Positions 49,022 to 58,148 of a stretch of 64,000 bases of DNA are shown here, piece by piece. Positions within the stretch are counted from its first letter, which is position 1, and each line of letters opens with the position of its first letter. This DNA comes from Promethearchaeota archaeon. Lineage in GTDB: Archaea > Asgardarchaeota > Lokiarchaeia > Sigyniarchaeales > SOKP01. The notes beneath the pieces are model-generated. The model saw only the letters and a list, made by a program, of their open reading frames with translations, was not told the DNA's origin and searched no databases. The stretch covers positions 96,001-160,000 of the forward strand of contig JAEOUA010000003.1 of the NCBI GenBank assembly GCA_016839555.1, written 5' to 3'. A program made the position numbers and the translations under genes.

Positions 49022-50317
49022 ATGGGAAGAAGGTTTGAAGTTCAAGCAATTAATGACGAAATTTTGGATGCAATGAGCTTGGAGAATCGATATAACTTCG
49101 TTAATAATAACTTAAGATCTGTATTAACACCCGATCAATTTAGTTTTTTTAATGAAGTGCAAAGATTTTGTAAACGATTTGAAAAGAAAAATGATATAAC
49201 ACATGGACCAGAAGAAGATGTATATGATTGGGTTCCTGAATTTGGTAAAAAAGGCTATATTTCTAGATTTCATGACTATTCGAAAATAGGACTCGACAAT
49301 TTACAACCTTATGGTGCGGTCGCAGATTTTCTTAGAAGTCTTGCTATTGATCTCTTTGATACACAATTTGCAATGGGTGCCGGAGCTACAGTATTAGCAA
49401 CTAATCCGCTTTGGGAACATCATGAGAATATCCCAGTGCGTTTAGAAGCTCTGCGAGATATGTTAACAGGGAAGAGTTGTGGTGCAATTTTAATTACAGA
49501 ACCAGAAAGAGGTTCTGATGCAACTCATATGTTAACCACTTGTGAAGAACAACCAGATGGTAGTTTTATATTAAATGGAACCAAAATTTTCAGTACTAAT
49601 GCTCCTAAATCGGATTGGGTTGTTGCATATGCTACCTCGGAGGCAAATAATTCAAATACAATGGCACAATTTTTAATTAATACTAATTGGGAGGGAATTG
49701 ACGTTCAGCGTGTGGGAATTCCATGGGTTCCGAAATTATATTTGGGAAAAGAAGAATTGGTGAATTTAAGAGTACCTAAGGAATATGTTTTGGGGGGACC
49801 TGGAAGAGGAAAGGCTCATCTTTTTGAAGGGTTAATCCCAGAAAGAATTGGAATTGCTATGGTTTCAATTTCCCAATGCTGGGGAGCTATAACTCTTGCA
49901 ACGATCTATGCTAATATGAGAGAACAGATGGGAAAAAAAATATTAATATGGCAAGGAGTAGGGTTTCCATTAACAGACTATTGGTCCAAAACAACTAATC
50001 TGACACTAGCATTATTAAAGTTTTGTGAATTATATGATGAGAAAATTGAAAAATTTGGAGAAGAGCTTCCTAATATTATTCGTCAAACTATGGTTGCCTC
50101 CGCAAGTCAACTAAAATATCATATCACTAATTTATCAAAAGAAATATGTTATGAATGTGGGAATTTAATGGGTGGAGCCGGTGTATGCGATAACACAGCA
50201 ATGCATGATTACATGAACATTTCTAGAATTCAAGAAGTAATCGGAGGAACTAGTCAAATACAGCAATATATTATGAGTATGAGCTTAAGAACTTTGTATA
50301 AAATGTCTGTACTATAA
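49022..50317 (+). CDS. acyl-CoA dehydrogenase family protein
   Basis: ITEPERGSD, LNGTKIFSTNA, R.QMGK.I, MGGAG and GGTSQIQ. Confidence 0.9.
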   Translation: MGRRFEVQAINDEILDAMSLENRYNFVNNNLRSVLTPDQFSFFNEVQRFCKRFEKKNDITHGPEEDVYDWVPEFGKKGYISRFHDYSKIGLDNLQPYGAVADFLRSLAIDLFDTQFAMGAGATVLATNPLWEHHENIPVRLEALRDMLTGKSCGAILITEPERGSDATHMLTTCEEQPDGSFILNGTKIFSTNAPKSDWVVAYATSEANNSNTMAQFLINTNWEGIDVQRVGIPWVPKLYLGKEELVNLRVPKEYVLGGPGRGKAHLFEGLIPERIGIAMVSISQCWGAITLATIYANMREQMGKKILIWQGVGFPLTDYWSKTTNLTLALLKFCELYDEKIEKFGEELPNIIRQTMVASASQLKYHITNLSKEICYECGNLMGGAGVCDNTAMHDYMNISRIQEVIGGTSQIQQYIMSMSLRTLYKMSVL

Positions 50318-50463
50318 TTCTAATGGGAAAATTGATATAATTTTCTCAATTTTATTCATTTTTCTTTTTTATTTGTTTCTTTTTTAAAATTTGTTAGTAT
50401 TAAAACTATTAAATGTCTTTATTTTCGGTAAATGATTAGTAAAAAAAATATGAAAAGAAAAGC

Positions 50464-52533
50464 CTAATCACTTTTTAGATTATATAATTTTTTTTCAATT
50501 TCTTTATTTAGTTTATTGATCTGCTTTTCTAAATCATTAATTTCAGCTTTTATTGCTTCAAATCTGTTTTCTTGTAAGGTCAATTTATTTACATATTTTT
50601 CTTTTAATGATGCTTCTTGGGTGCTATCTCCTAATACTGAGATATTTTCTCGTAATCGTTCTTGTTCCGATATCATTTGATTTTGTTCATTTTCTAATTT
50701 TGATTTTTGATTTTGAAATTGGGCAAGATCCCCAATTAATTCTGCTATTTCTCTTAAATTGGATTCTAATTCCTTTTCAATGAATTGCTTTTTAATATAG
50801 AAAGAGATTTTATTTAATATATCTTTTTTCGTCCAATTCCAAATATAGTAACTAGAATAATTCTCTTTTCGCTCTAGAAGTTTAAATTCTATAGCGGATT
50901 TAGGCTCCAAAATCAGTTTAAAACGCCAATAATTGGCGGTTTCCTCTGGTTCCTCTGGCTTTTCAATAATTTTATAATCGGGTTTCTTAGGATGATCAAT
51001 ATATAATTCTTTGGGTTCTTCAGTTTTATTTTTAATTTTATAAACTGTGTTGAGGTTAGTATAATAGTATTCATAACAATATGCTCCACCAAAAGAGACT
51101 TTATGAACATTTAGATTCTCTGTTTTTTGTTCAGTATTAATAATGACTGCTTGTTCAACAGCATAATTCAATAATCGAGTATCATCTTTATTCATAAATG
51201 GAATTATGGATTCACCAGCTAAATTATCATCATAAATAATAGTAACAGGTCCACGTTCTAAGATAAGCGCGCTATTATTTGTTATTTCTAAGCAAGCATT
51301 TGGATTCTTATCATGTTCATTTTTATTATATAAAAGAATTTTTTTGGTCTTAATTTCTTCAGTTAAGAGTGGCACGAGTGCACTTTTTTTTCTTTTAATT
51401 GTCACTGGATTTGATATCTTATATTCGAATAATTCCCCTAACTCTTTTGTTTGAGTTTTTGTTGCAAATCTCATTTTATCTAACAACATATCATCACTTA
51501 ATCCCCCACTTATAGTAGTGTCTGGAGAAGTCATTACAGCTCTTGCTGGTGCCATTGGAGCTTTTGCATACTCCATAGCTGTTCCAATTGCCTCTTTTTT
51601 CATTTTTGGGGCGCCGCCGCCACGATATGCTTTAAATTCATCGAAGGCCATTTCTTCCTCAATATCTGTTGGTTTAGCACTAAGAACTTTAGGGGGTTCT
51701 ATAATTGGGCGTTCCATGATAATGGGCCTATAAAAATCATAAATAAATGAAACAGGCATTCCAGCAACAAGCGTAAGCTCAATATCCTCCCAATCTTGAT
51801 TAGTAATATTTTCAATGAGGGAATAACCCGCTAATAAGCATTTATTTTGTTCTTCTTGCTCTTTACTCATAATTAGCCGATAGGAAGTTTTCCAAATAGG
51901 AGATTCGTGTAAATATGATACAAATATGGTTCTTTCATTTTCATCATTTCCCCCAGATTCACAATTAATAATAATTTTTTTTGAATCCTTCTTAATGCCT
52001 GAAATTATTGTATCTAAAAAGAATTTCAAATCATTTTTTATATCTTTGTTTAAAACATCAAATTCACTAATCTCAGAAAAGGGAATTTTTACAATTTTTC
52101 CAGTTTCTTCCAATAATAATACTAATAATTTATCGGTTATTTTTATATCATTTTTGATTTTCTCTATTTCTTCCATTCCCATGATGATACCTTTTCTTTT
52201 TTCGGAAGTTTGCCTACCGATGGAAATTTCTATTTTTGCTCCCTTTAATTGGGTGATTAATGAGGTAAAAGAATTCACATTTGGAATATCGATCATAATA
52301 TTTTTTAATAACTGGTCAGGTGTGATAGCTGCATCGTAAGAGATAAAACTGATATGCCCCTTCTCACTAGTATCTAATACAAATAAGGATTTTAGTATAT
52401 CATTCATCTCATCAACGTTAAATTCCAATTCAAATGTTCCTGTACCTTTCATAGTACCTTTTAAGAGAAAATAACCAATCCCATGCTTAAAGATAATGAT
52501 TTTTTCAATTTTCAACTTATTTTCTTGATTCAT
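50464..52533 (-). CDS. DUF4139/DUF4140-like protein with C-terminal coiled coil
   Basis: FKHGIGYF, MNDILKSL, PIWKTSYRL, N.T.QDW..IEL.LVAG.P and GELFEY; ATG 52533 preferred over 52572. Confidence 0.7.
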   Translation of the reverse strand: MNQENKLKIEKIIIFKHGIGYFLLKGTMKGTGTFELEFNVDEMNDILKSLFVLDTSEKGHISFISYDAAITPDQLLKNIMIDIPNVNSFTSLITQLKGAKIEISIGRQTSEKRKGIIMGMEEIEKIKNDIKITDKLLVLLLEETGKIVKIPFSEISEFDVLNKDIKNDLKFFLDTIISGIKKDSKKIIINCESGGNDENERTIFVSYLHESPIWKTSYRLIMSKEQEEQNKCLLAGYSLIENITNQDWEDIELTLVAGMPVSFIYDFYRPIIMERPIIEPPKVLSAKPTDIEEEMAFDEFKAYRGGGAPKMKKEAIGTAMEYAKAPMAPARAVMTSPDTTISGGLSDDMLLDKMRFATKTQTKELGELFEYKISNPVTIKRKKSALVPLLTEEIKTKKILLYNKNEHDKNPNACLEITNNSALILERGPVTIIYDDNLAGESIIPFMNKDDTRLLNYAVEQAVIINTEQKTENLNVHKVSFGGAYCYEYYYTNLNTVYKIKNKTEEPKELYIDHPKKPDYKIIEKPEEPEETANYWRFKLILEPKSAIEFKLLERKENYSSYYIWNWTKKDILNKISFYIKKQFIEKELESNLREIAELIGDLAQFQNQKSKLENEQNQMISEQERLRENISVLGDSTQEASLKEKYVNKLTLQENRFEAIKAEINDLEKQINKLNKEIEKKLYNLKSD

Positions 52534-52703
52534 AAAAATGATATGGCGATAATAATATTTAACTTTTCTCACATTACCTTTTTTTGTTGTTTTGTGAAAG
52601 TTAAGGATAAATTTATAAAAATCAATAAAATATTTTAGGAAAAAATAACTATCTTTTATAAGAAAAATAAATTATTTACTTCTTTTTAGAGGAAAACTTT
52701 ATA

Positions 52704-52904
52704 ATGATAATACCCATTAGATGTTTTTCATGCGGAAAGTTAATTGCTCATGTATATGAACCATATTTAGAAGCTATAAAAAAAGGGGAAAGCTCTGAAG
52801 AAGCATTCGAAAAGCTAGGAATTAAAAGATGGTGCTGCAGACGTATGATAGTGTCTCATATTAACCTTATCGATGATCTGCTTAAATTTCCAAGATTGCA
52901 ATAA
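52704..52904 (+). CDS. rpoN: RNA polymerase subunit Rpo10 (N)
   Basis: MIIPIRCFSCGK...RWCCRRM. Confidence 0.95.
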   Translation: MIIPIRCFSCGKLIAHVYEPYLEAIKKGESSEEAFEKLGIKRWCCRRMIVSHINLIDDLLKFPRLQ

Positions 52905-52943
52905 GGATTATTTCTTTTTTTAAAGATATACAGTAATATTCAA

Positions 52944-53064
52944 TAATTTTCTATAAGAATAATAGAGTTTTATTATTTTTACCGATATTTTGCTAATTTA
53001 ATCCTATTGGGTTCTATTAAAGCAAAAATTTTATTTATTTTAGTTAATTAAACAGTAATAATTA
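52944..53064 (+). repeat. about 120-bp upstream module, copy B (before rpl7ae)
   Basis: Similar to 46951-47071; hairpin arms TAATAGAG/TTCTATTA. Confidence 0.8.
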
Positions 53065-53107
53065 GATCGATGATTAATGAAAATATTTATTAAAGTATTT
53101 GAATGAG

Positions 53108-53491
53108 ATGAGTAAAATGAGTTATGTAAAATTTAAGACACCTGATAATATGCAATCAGAAATAAAACAGGTATTAAATGGCATTGCTAAGACGCGCGGT
53201 TCGAAAATACGTAAAGGAATGAACGAAACGACAAAATCAATAGAAAGGGGACTAGCAAAATTAGTAGTTATGGCCGAAGATGTCAGTCCTCCAGAAATTT
53301 TATTTCATATGCCTATTTTATGTGAAGAAAAAGATATCCCCTATGGATATATAAAGAAACAAGAGGATTTAGGGAATGCGGTAAGAATCAATGTAGCAGC
53401 ATCATCAATTGCCATAGAAGACGCAGGATCCTCTGAGAATGAACAAGATCTTAATAATTTAATAAAAAAAATTGAAACCCTAAGCAAATAA
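53108..53491 (+). CDS. rpl7ae: ribosomal protein L7Ae (eL8)
   Basis: KIRKGMNETTKSIERG.AKLVVMAEDV.P.EI..H.P.LCEEK.IPY. Confidence 0.95.
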   Translation: MSKMSYVKFKTPDNMQSEIKQVLNGIAKTRGSKIRKGMNETTKSIERGLAKLVVMAEDVSPPEILFHMPILCEEKDIPYGYIKKQEDLGNAVRINVAASSIAIEDAGSSENEQDLNNLIKKIETLSK

Positions 53492-53525
53492 TTGATAATA
53501 AATATAAAAAAAAGATTTTAGAACA

Positions 53526-53774
53526 ATGTCTTCGAAAAAAAAAAGTGAATCAACGGGATATGAAGAAAATGCTTCGATTCCCGCTCAAGTAATACAAGTT
53601 GTGGGGAGAACAGGGTTAACTGGAGAAATAAATCAGATTAAAGTACGTATTTTAGAAGGGAGAGATAAAAACAGAATCCTCACGCGTAATGTAAAAGGTC
53701 CTGTAAGAGAGGATGATATTATCTTATTAAGAGAAGCAGAGAGAGAGGCTCGTAAGATTCGAAAGAGGAGATAA
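53526..53774 (+). CDS. rps28e: ribosomal protein S28e
   Basis: GRTG..GE..Q.KVR...[22 protein letters not shown]. Confidence 0.95.
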   Translation: MSSKKKSESTGYEENASIPAQVIQVVGRTGLTGEINQIKVRILEGRDKNRILTRNVKGPVREDDIILLREAEREARKIRKRR

Positions 53775-53853
53775 TCATTTATAGTTCCGATTGCGCTAAA
53801 AATATTTAAAATTATTATAGATAACTAAATAATTATAATAAAAAAAATAAAAG

Positions 53854-54093
53854 CTATTTTTCTTCATCAAAAAAATTTAAAAGCTTTAAATTGATACTAT
53901 ATTCCTTTTCTAAATATTCTTTTAAAGCCAGCCTTACTGCTTGTGATCTACTTGAAACTATACCTTTTTCTTTTAGTTTTTGAATATTTTTATCGTAGAT
54001 TTCTGGAATATTAATTGTTATATTTTGCATGGGAGGTTTTTCTTCATTATTATTATTTTCTCTCATATAAACGGTCTCCTTATATAATTTCAT
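53854..54093 (-). CDS. ribbon-helix-helix (CopG/Arc) transcription regulator; start may be ATG 54066
   Basis: ITINIP...L...G...SRSQAVR.AL.EYL. Confidence 0.8.
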   Translation of the reverse strand: MKLYKETVYMRENNNNEEKPPMQNITINIPEIYDKNIQKLKEKGIVSSRSQAVRLALKEYLEKEYSINLKLLNFFDEEK

Positions 54094-54395
54094 AAGAATG
54101 AGAAATATGAATAGTACCTAAATTGAATTAGATTAATTTTCGTATAGAATACCCTTTCTTATTCTCACTTTTTTTCAAAAATTATATAATAATTAAAGAT
54201 AAACTGATTTATAACTTTAATGTGTATTTATAAAGATCCCTATATCATAAGAATTTTTTGAACAATTATAAAATGGTTTTATATTTTAATTGAACAAAGT
54301 TTAACTAAATTTTAAGAAATCATACATTTAAATTGATCCAAAAAGACGAAAAATTAATTAAGTAAGGGTTTAAAGATATTAGGGCGCCGAATTAT

Positions 54396-55070
54396 TTACA
54401 ATCGGTCCGATTTTTTAATATATCTCCCACGTGTCTCTATGACTTCAATATTTTTAATGATCGCATCGCAATCTCTTTTTGATGTTTTTTCATAAATCAA
54501 CCTATATCCTTGGAGAAATGCATTAAAACATATTTTATATTTATTACCATGAGAAGACATTAGAACTCTTTTAAACAGATGTAAATCAACACTTTTATCT
54601 TCAATAGTTTCAGAATATTCATGTAATCCGAAATCAATTAAAAAAATTTCTTCTTGTTCTGTTATTATTACATTACTAGTAGTAATATCTCCATGAATTT
54701 CACCGTGTAAATGTAATCGAGCTATGAATTCCCCTATTTTTTCAAAATATTTAATTAATTTAGAATTATTAAAGGTAGGTACTAAATTTTTTAATTTTTC
54801 ACCGGGTATAAAATCCATTATGATAAGAGCCTTTTCTGAATCGATTTCATATACTTTCGGAACATTAATTCCGTATTCTTTAACTTTAATTAGCGCTTTT
54901 GCTTCATTTATTGTTCTAAAAACCCTAATTCTCTGGTCTAATTCATTTAATCTATAATTTTTTGGTATTCGATGTTTAAAAATAACTTCTTTATCAAACC
55001 ATTTTCCATAATAAAGATAAGCTTCTGCTCCTTTCTTTAATAGATGTTCTCTTATAATAGATGAGTTCAT
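54396..55070 (-). CDS. bud32: KEOPS kinase Bud32
   Basis: KGAEA, K.R.PK.YR, HGDITTSN, IDFGL, EDKSVDL and RGRY. Confidence 0.93.
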   Translation of the reverse strand: MNSSIIREHLLKKGAEAYLYYGKWFDKEVIFKHRIPKNYRLNELDQRIRVFRTINEAKALIKVKEYGINVPKVYEIDSEKALIIMDFIPGEKLKNLVPTFNNSKLIKYFEKIGEFIARLHLHGEIHGDITTSNVIITEQEEIFLIDFGLHEYSETIEDKSVDLHLFKRVLMSSHGNKYKICFNAFLQGYRLIYEKTSKRDCDAIIKNIEVIETRGRYIKKSDRL

Positions 55071-55080
55071 TTTTCTTGTT

Positions 55081-56085
55081 TTAATTTCTCCAAGGGATTA
55101 AGATCTTATCCATCCTTTTTTTTGGTTTTATAATCGTTTCTTTAATATCATCTGAACCTTTTGATTTGTATTGTAAAATTCCCGTCCAAGCTATCATTAC
55201 TCCATTATCTCCAGCATATTTAGCAGGAACTACTTCGAATTGTGCATCATGTTCTTTAGAGATATAAGATATCATCTCTTGTAGTCTTTTATTTGCGGCT
55301 ACTCCACCAGTTAATAAAACTTCTTTCTTTTCTGTGTGAGCCAAAGCACGTTCGGTTACCTCAGTTAACATTGCAAAACTTGTTTCTTGTAATGAATATG
55401 CCAAATCATTTAGAGTATATTTTTGATGAAACTTCTTGGATTTTAATACTCGTTTCGCAGCAGTGTAAAGGCCTGAAAAGGAGAGATCCATTCCCTTTAC
55501 CACATAAGGTAGGGGGATATAATAAGATGCTCCTTGGGCTAGCTTCTCTATTTTTGGCCCTCCAGGGTGAGATATTTCCGCTTCTCGGGCAAAAGAATCC
55601 AACATATTTCCAATAGCTAGGTCAAGGGTTTCACCAAAAATCTGATAAGCTCCAGATTCAAAAGCACTAACAATAGTGTTTCCACCTGAAACATATAAGG
55701 TGAGAGGATCTTTTATATTACATAATAGTCTACCAATTTCTATATGAGCAATACAATGGTTTACTCCCACTAATGGAATTTGTAAAGTTTGACTCAATAA
55801 TCTTGCCACTAAAGCTCCAATCTTAAGCACGGGCCCAAGACCAGGACTCTGACTAAAAGCTATTAATGAAATATCTCTCAGAGATATATTGGCTTCTATT
55901 AAAGCTTCTTCGATTGTTTCTTTAAAATTATTAAGATGTTGTTCTTTCACCATTACCGGGTGTATTCCTCCTTTCTCAGGGACATAAATATCATTAATCA
56001 TACTCATAATTTTTCCTTTAAAGTCTACTATCCCAATTCCAAAAGTATGAGCAGTACTCTCTATTCCCAATGCAAATTCAGTAAT
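55081..56085 (-). CDS. kae1: KEOPS t6A synthase Kae1; start uncertain (ATT 56085, TTG 56070 or frameshift from ATG 56110)
   Basis: LGIESTAHT, HCIAHIE, VSGGNT, GETLD, GGVAAN and DNGVMIA. Confidence 0.93.
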   Translation of the reverse strand: MTEFALGIESTAHTFGIGIVDFKGKIMSMINDIYVPEKGGIHPVMVKEQHLNNFKETIEEALIEANISLRDISLIAFSQSPGLGPVLKIGALVARLLSQTLQIPLVGVNHCIAHIEIGRLLCNIKDPLTLYVSGGNTIVSAFESGAYQIFGETLDLAIGNMLDSFAREAEISHPGGPKIEKLAQGASYYIPLPYVVKGMDLSFSGLYTAAKRVLKSKKFHQKYTLNDLAYSLQETSFAMLTEVTERALAHTEKKEVLLTGGVAANKRLQEMISYISKEHDAQFEVVPAKYAGDNGVMIAWTGILQYKSKGSDDIKETIIKPKKRMDKILIPWRN

Positions 56086-56277
56086 TTTTCTCTCCTTACC
56101 TTGCTTTCATTATAAATTATAAAATTATGAGCAATATAAATATTAAAGTAGATTATTTATTAAATTAAATAGGAAGAATTACGGTAAGGTCATAAAAGAG
56201 AAGATAAAATAAGTTTAATTTAGAAGCTTCATAAGATTAATGGTCTTCCAAGAAAAATGAGGATAATTATTAATTAA

Positions 56278-56493
56278 TTAAGTTGATTTCTTTCTTTTTC
56301 TAGGAGATCTTTTGCGCGGTCTTGTAGTGCTTTTTCCCTTCTTTCTTTTAAAGATCGTATATTTACATCTTCCACAGGTGAATCTATCGTAGTGTTCCGC
56401 CATGAAGACCGAAGGACCGCACTTAGGACATGATCTATGAGTCCTTATCAGTTTATCTCCCTCAATTTTATAATAGTTTGAAACATCAGTCAT
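56278..56493 (-). CDS. rps27ae: ribosomal protein S27ae (eS31), no ubiquitin fusion
   Basis: YYKI...[22 protein letters not shown]. Confidence 0.95.
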   Translation of the reverse strand: MTDVSNYYKIEGDKLIRTHRSCPKCGPSVFMAEHYDRFTCGRCKYTIFKRKKGKSTTRPRKRSPRKRKKST

Positions 56494-56523
56494 AGTTTTA
56501 TCATCAGTTTATTACTCATTAAT

Positions 56524-56877
56524 TTAATATTCAAATAAATGTTCATATTTTTGATTTTTTCGTTTAAGCTTGTAAATTTCAGAACGCTTTTCTAGTTCTG
56601 TATTGCGAACTTTAATATGGAAGGGTTCAAAATATTTTAAATCTTCAATATTTTTATATATATTAGCCTTTCCAATTGAATAAGAGCCTCCAAAATGCGA
56701 ATGGATTTTTCGAATAATTGTGAGCTTCTCATCAGCACCTTCCATTCCAGCGATTTTTTTTTTAATTTCTAATCGATTTGGAGTAGGTTCCGCAAAATGA
56801 TCTATTCTAAATTCAAGCTCGGTTCTTTGGATTAAAGGATTTTCCTGCTTTTTTATTATCTCTATCTCAAACGCCAT
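56524..56877 (-). CDS. rps24e: ribosomal protein S24e
   Basis: ENPLIQRTE...H...TPNR...FG...S.G.A.IY. Confidence 0.92.
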   Translation of the reverse strand: MAFEIEIIKKQENPLIQRTELEFRIDHFAEPTPNRLEIKKKIAGMEGADEKLTIIRKIHSHFGGSYSIGKANIYKNIEDLKYFEPFHIKVRNTELEKRSEIYKLKRKNQKYEHLFEY

Positions 56878-57036
56878 TATTTGAACCTCTAGTTTTTAAT
56901 AGGCTTTATTTCGATGAAGTTATCGATTAATATTAATTATAATAAATAAAATACTTATTATCAAATAAAAATTATGGACTTTTAATTTTAAAAGAAATAA
57001 ATAGAGAAAATAGAGAACCTAAATTCTAAGAAAATA

Positions 57037-57627
57037 TTATTCTTTTGAATCCATCAATTTAATAAATCGATTAACAATTCTTTGTATTCTTTTGTTAACC
57101 TCAACCATTACAATCCCTTCGGGTATACTATTTTTTGAACTTGTTATAGGGGGTTGCCCATAAAATACATAATTAATTCTATTTTTATTAATAGATAAGC
57201 TTACTATTAAAGGAAGAACTAATAAATCTTCTTCTCCTTGAGTAACTTTTAATAATGTTCTTTTATCCGAATTAATGCTATCTTTAATAATTTCCCAGCT
57301 TTTTTCTGAAATCATTCCTTTAGGATTAATAAATTCTTTTTCTTCTTCAAAAAAACTCTCATGAGAGATTTCAATTTTATCTCTCTGAGTTTTTTCATCA
57401 ATTATGCATATTTTAATATATTTACGGAGAAAAGAATTTGATAAAAAATCTTGCGTAACTATATCTCCAACTATATAAAAATGAAATTTTTTTCCTTGCT
57501 TTTTCAAATTTTTAAATTTATTTTCTACTTTTATTATTGTTTCTTCTCTCGTACCAGCTATTAAAGTATCTAACGGTTGAGCAAATAGATGACGTTTTTC
57601 ATTAGGAACACTTAAACGCTCTTTCAT
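57037..57627 (-). CDS. GTP-dependent dephospho-CoA kinase (DUF359)
   Basis: VGDIVT, IDEKTQR, NP.G.I, GEEDLL.LP and YGQP; canonical position between spt4 and rps24e. Confidence 0.85.
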   Translation of the reverse strand: MKERLSVPNEKRHLFAQPLDTLIAGTREETIIKVENKFKNLKKQGKKFHFYIVGDIVTQDFLSNSFLRKYIKICIIDEKTQRDKIEISHESFFEEEKEFINPKGMISEKSWEIIKDSINSDKRTLLKVTQGEEDLLVLPLIVSLSINKNRINYVFYGQPPITSSKNSIPEGIVMVEVNKRIQRIVNRFIKLMDSKE

Positions 57628-57701
57628 ATTAATTTTTAAAAATTAATTGAATAATAAAGTCAATAAATTTTATAATAATTTATTTAGGAGAGAAGGCGTC
57701 T

Positions 57702-57890
57702 TTATCTCACTCTTAAAGCATATTTGCCTGGGATATGAATTTTTAAATATTCAGCTATCTTTGATTCTTCAGGCTTTATAATAATTACCTCTCCAGTAAA
57801 ATCGTCACTTAATGTATGAGTTTTACATTTTGGACAAACTTGTTCATTCTTAGTAATTAGGTGACAGTTTTTACATGCTTTTTCAGTCAT
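57702..57890 (-). CDS. spt4: transcription elongation factor Spt4
   Basis: KACKNC...CPKC...G.VII..PE.S.IA..L.I..PGKYALRVR. Confidence 0.95.
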   Translation of the reverse strand: MTEKACKNCHLITKNEQVCPKCKTHTLSDDFTGEVIIIKPEESKIAEYLKIHIPGKYALRVR

Positions 57891-58148
57891 AAATTTTTCC
57901 TCCTAAAGTATTCAATATTTTTTCTATTGATTTTCTTATTAAAAGAGAATAAATCATATGAAAAAAATTTAACTAAGATAATTGAAATTCTTTTTTATAT
58001 AGACAAGTCACTGAAATGTGTTGTTGTACTTGCTTTAATATAGGAAGATTTATTATTTCTGATGGATTGATACAAATTTTGAATTACTATAAAATTATCC
58101 ATTCATTCTGCTGAATAAGAACTAACCTTAAAATAATAGATAGAAAAT

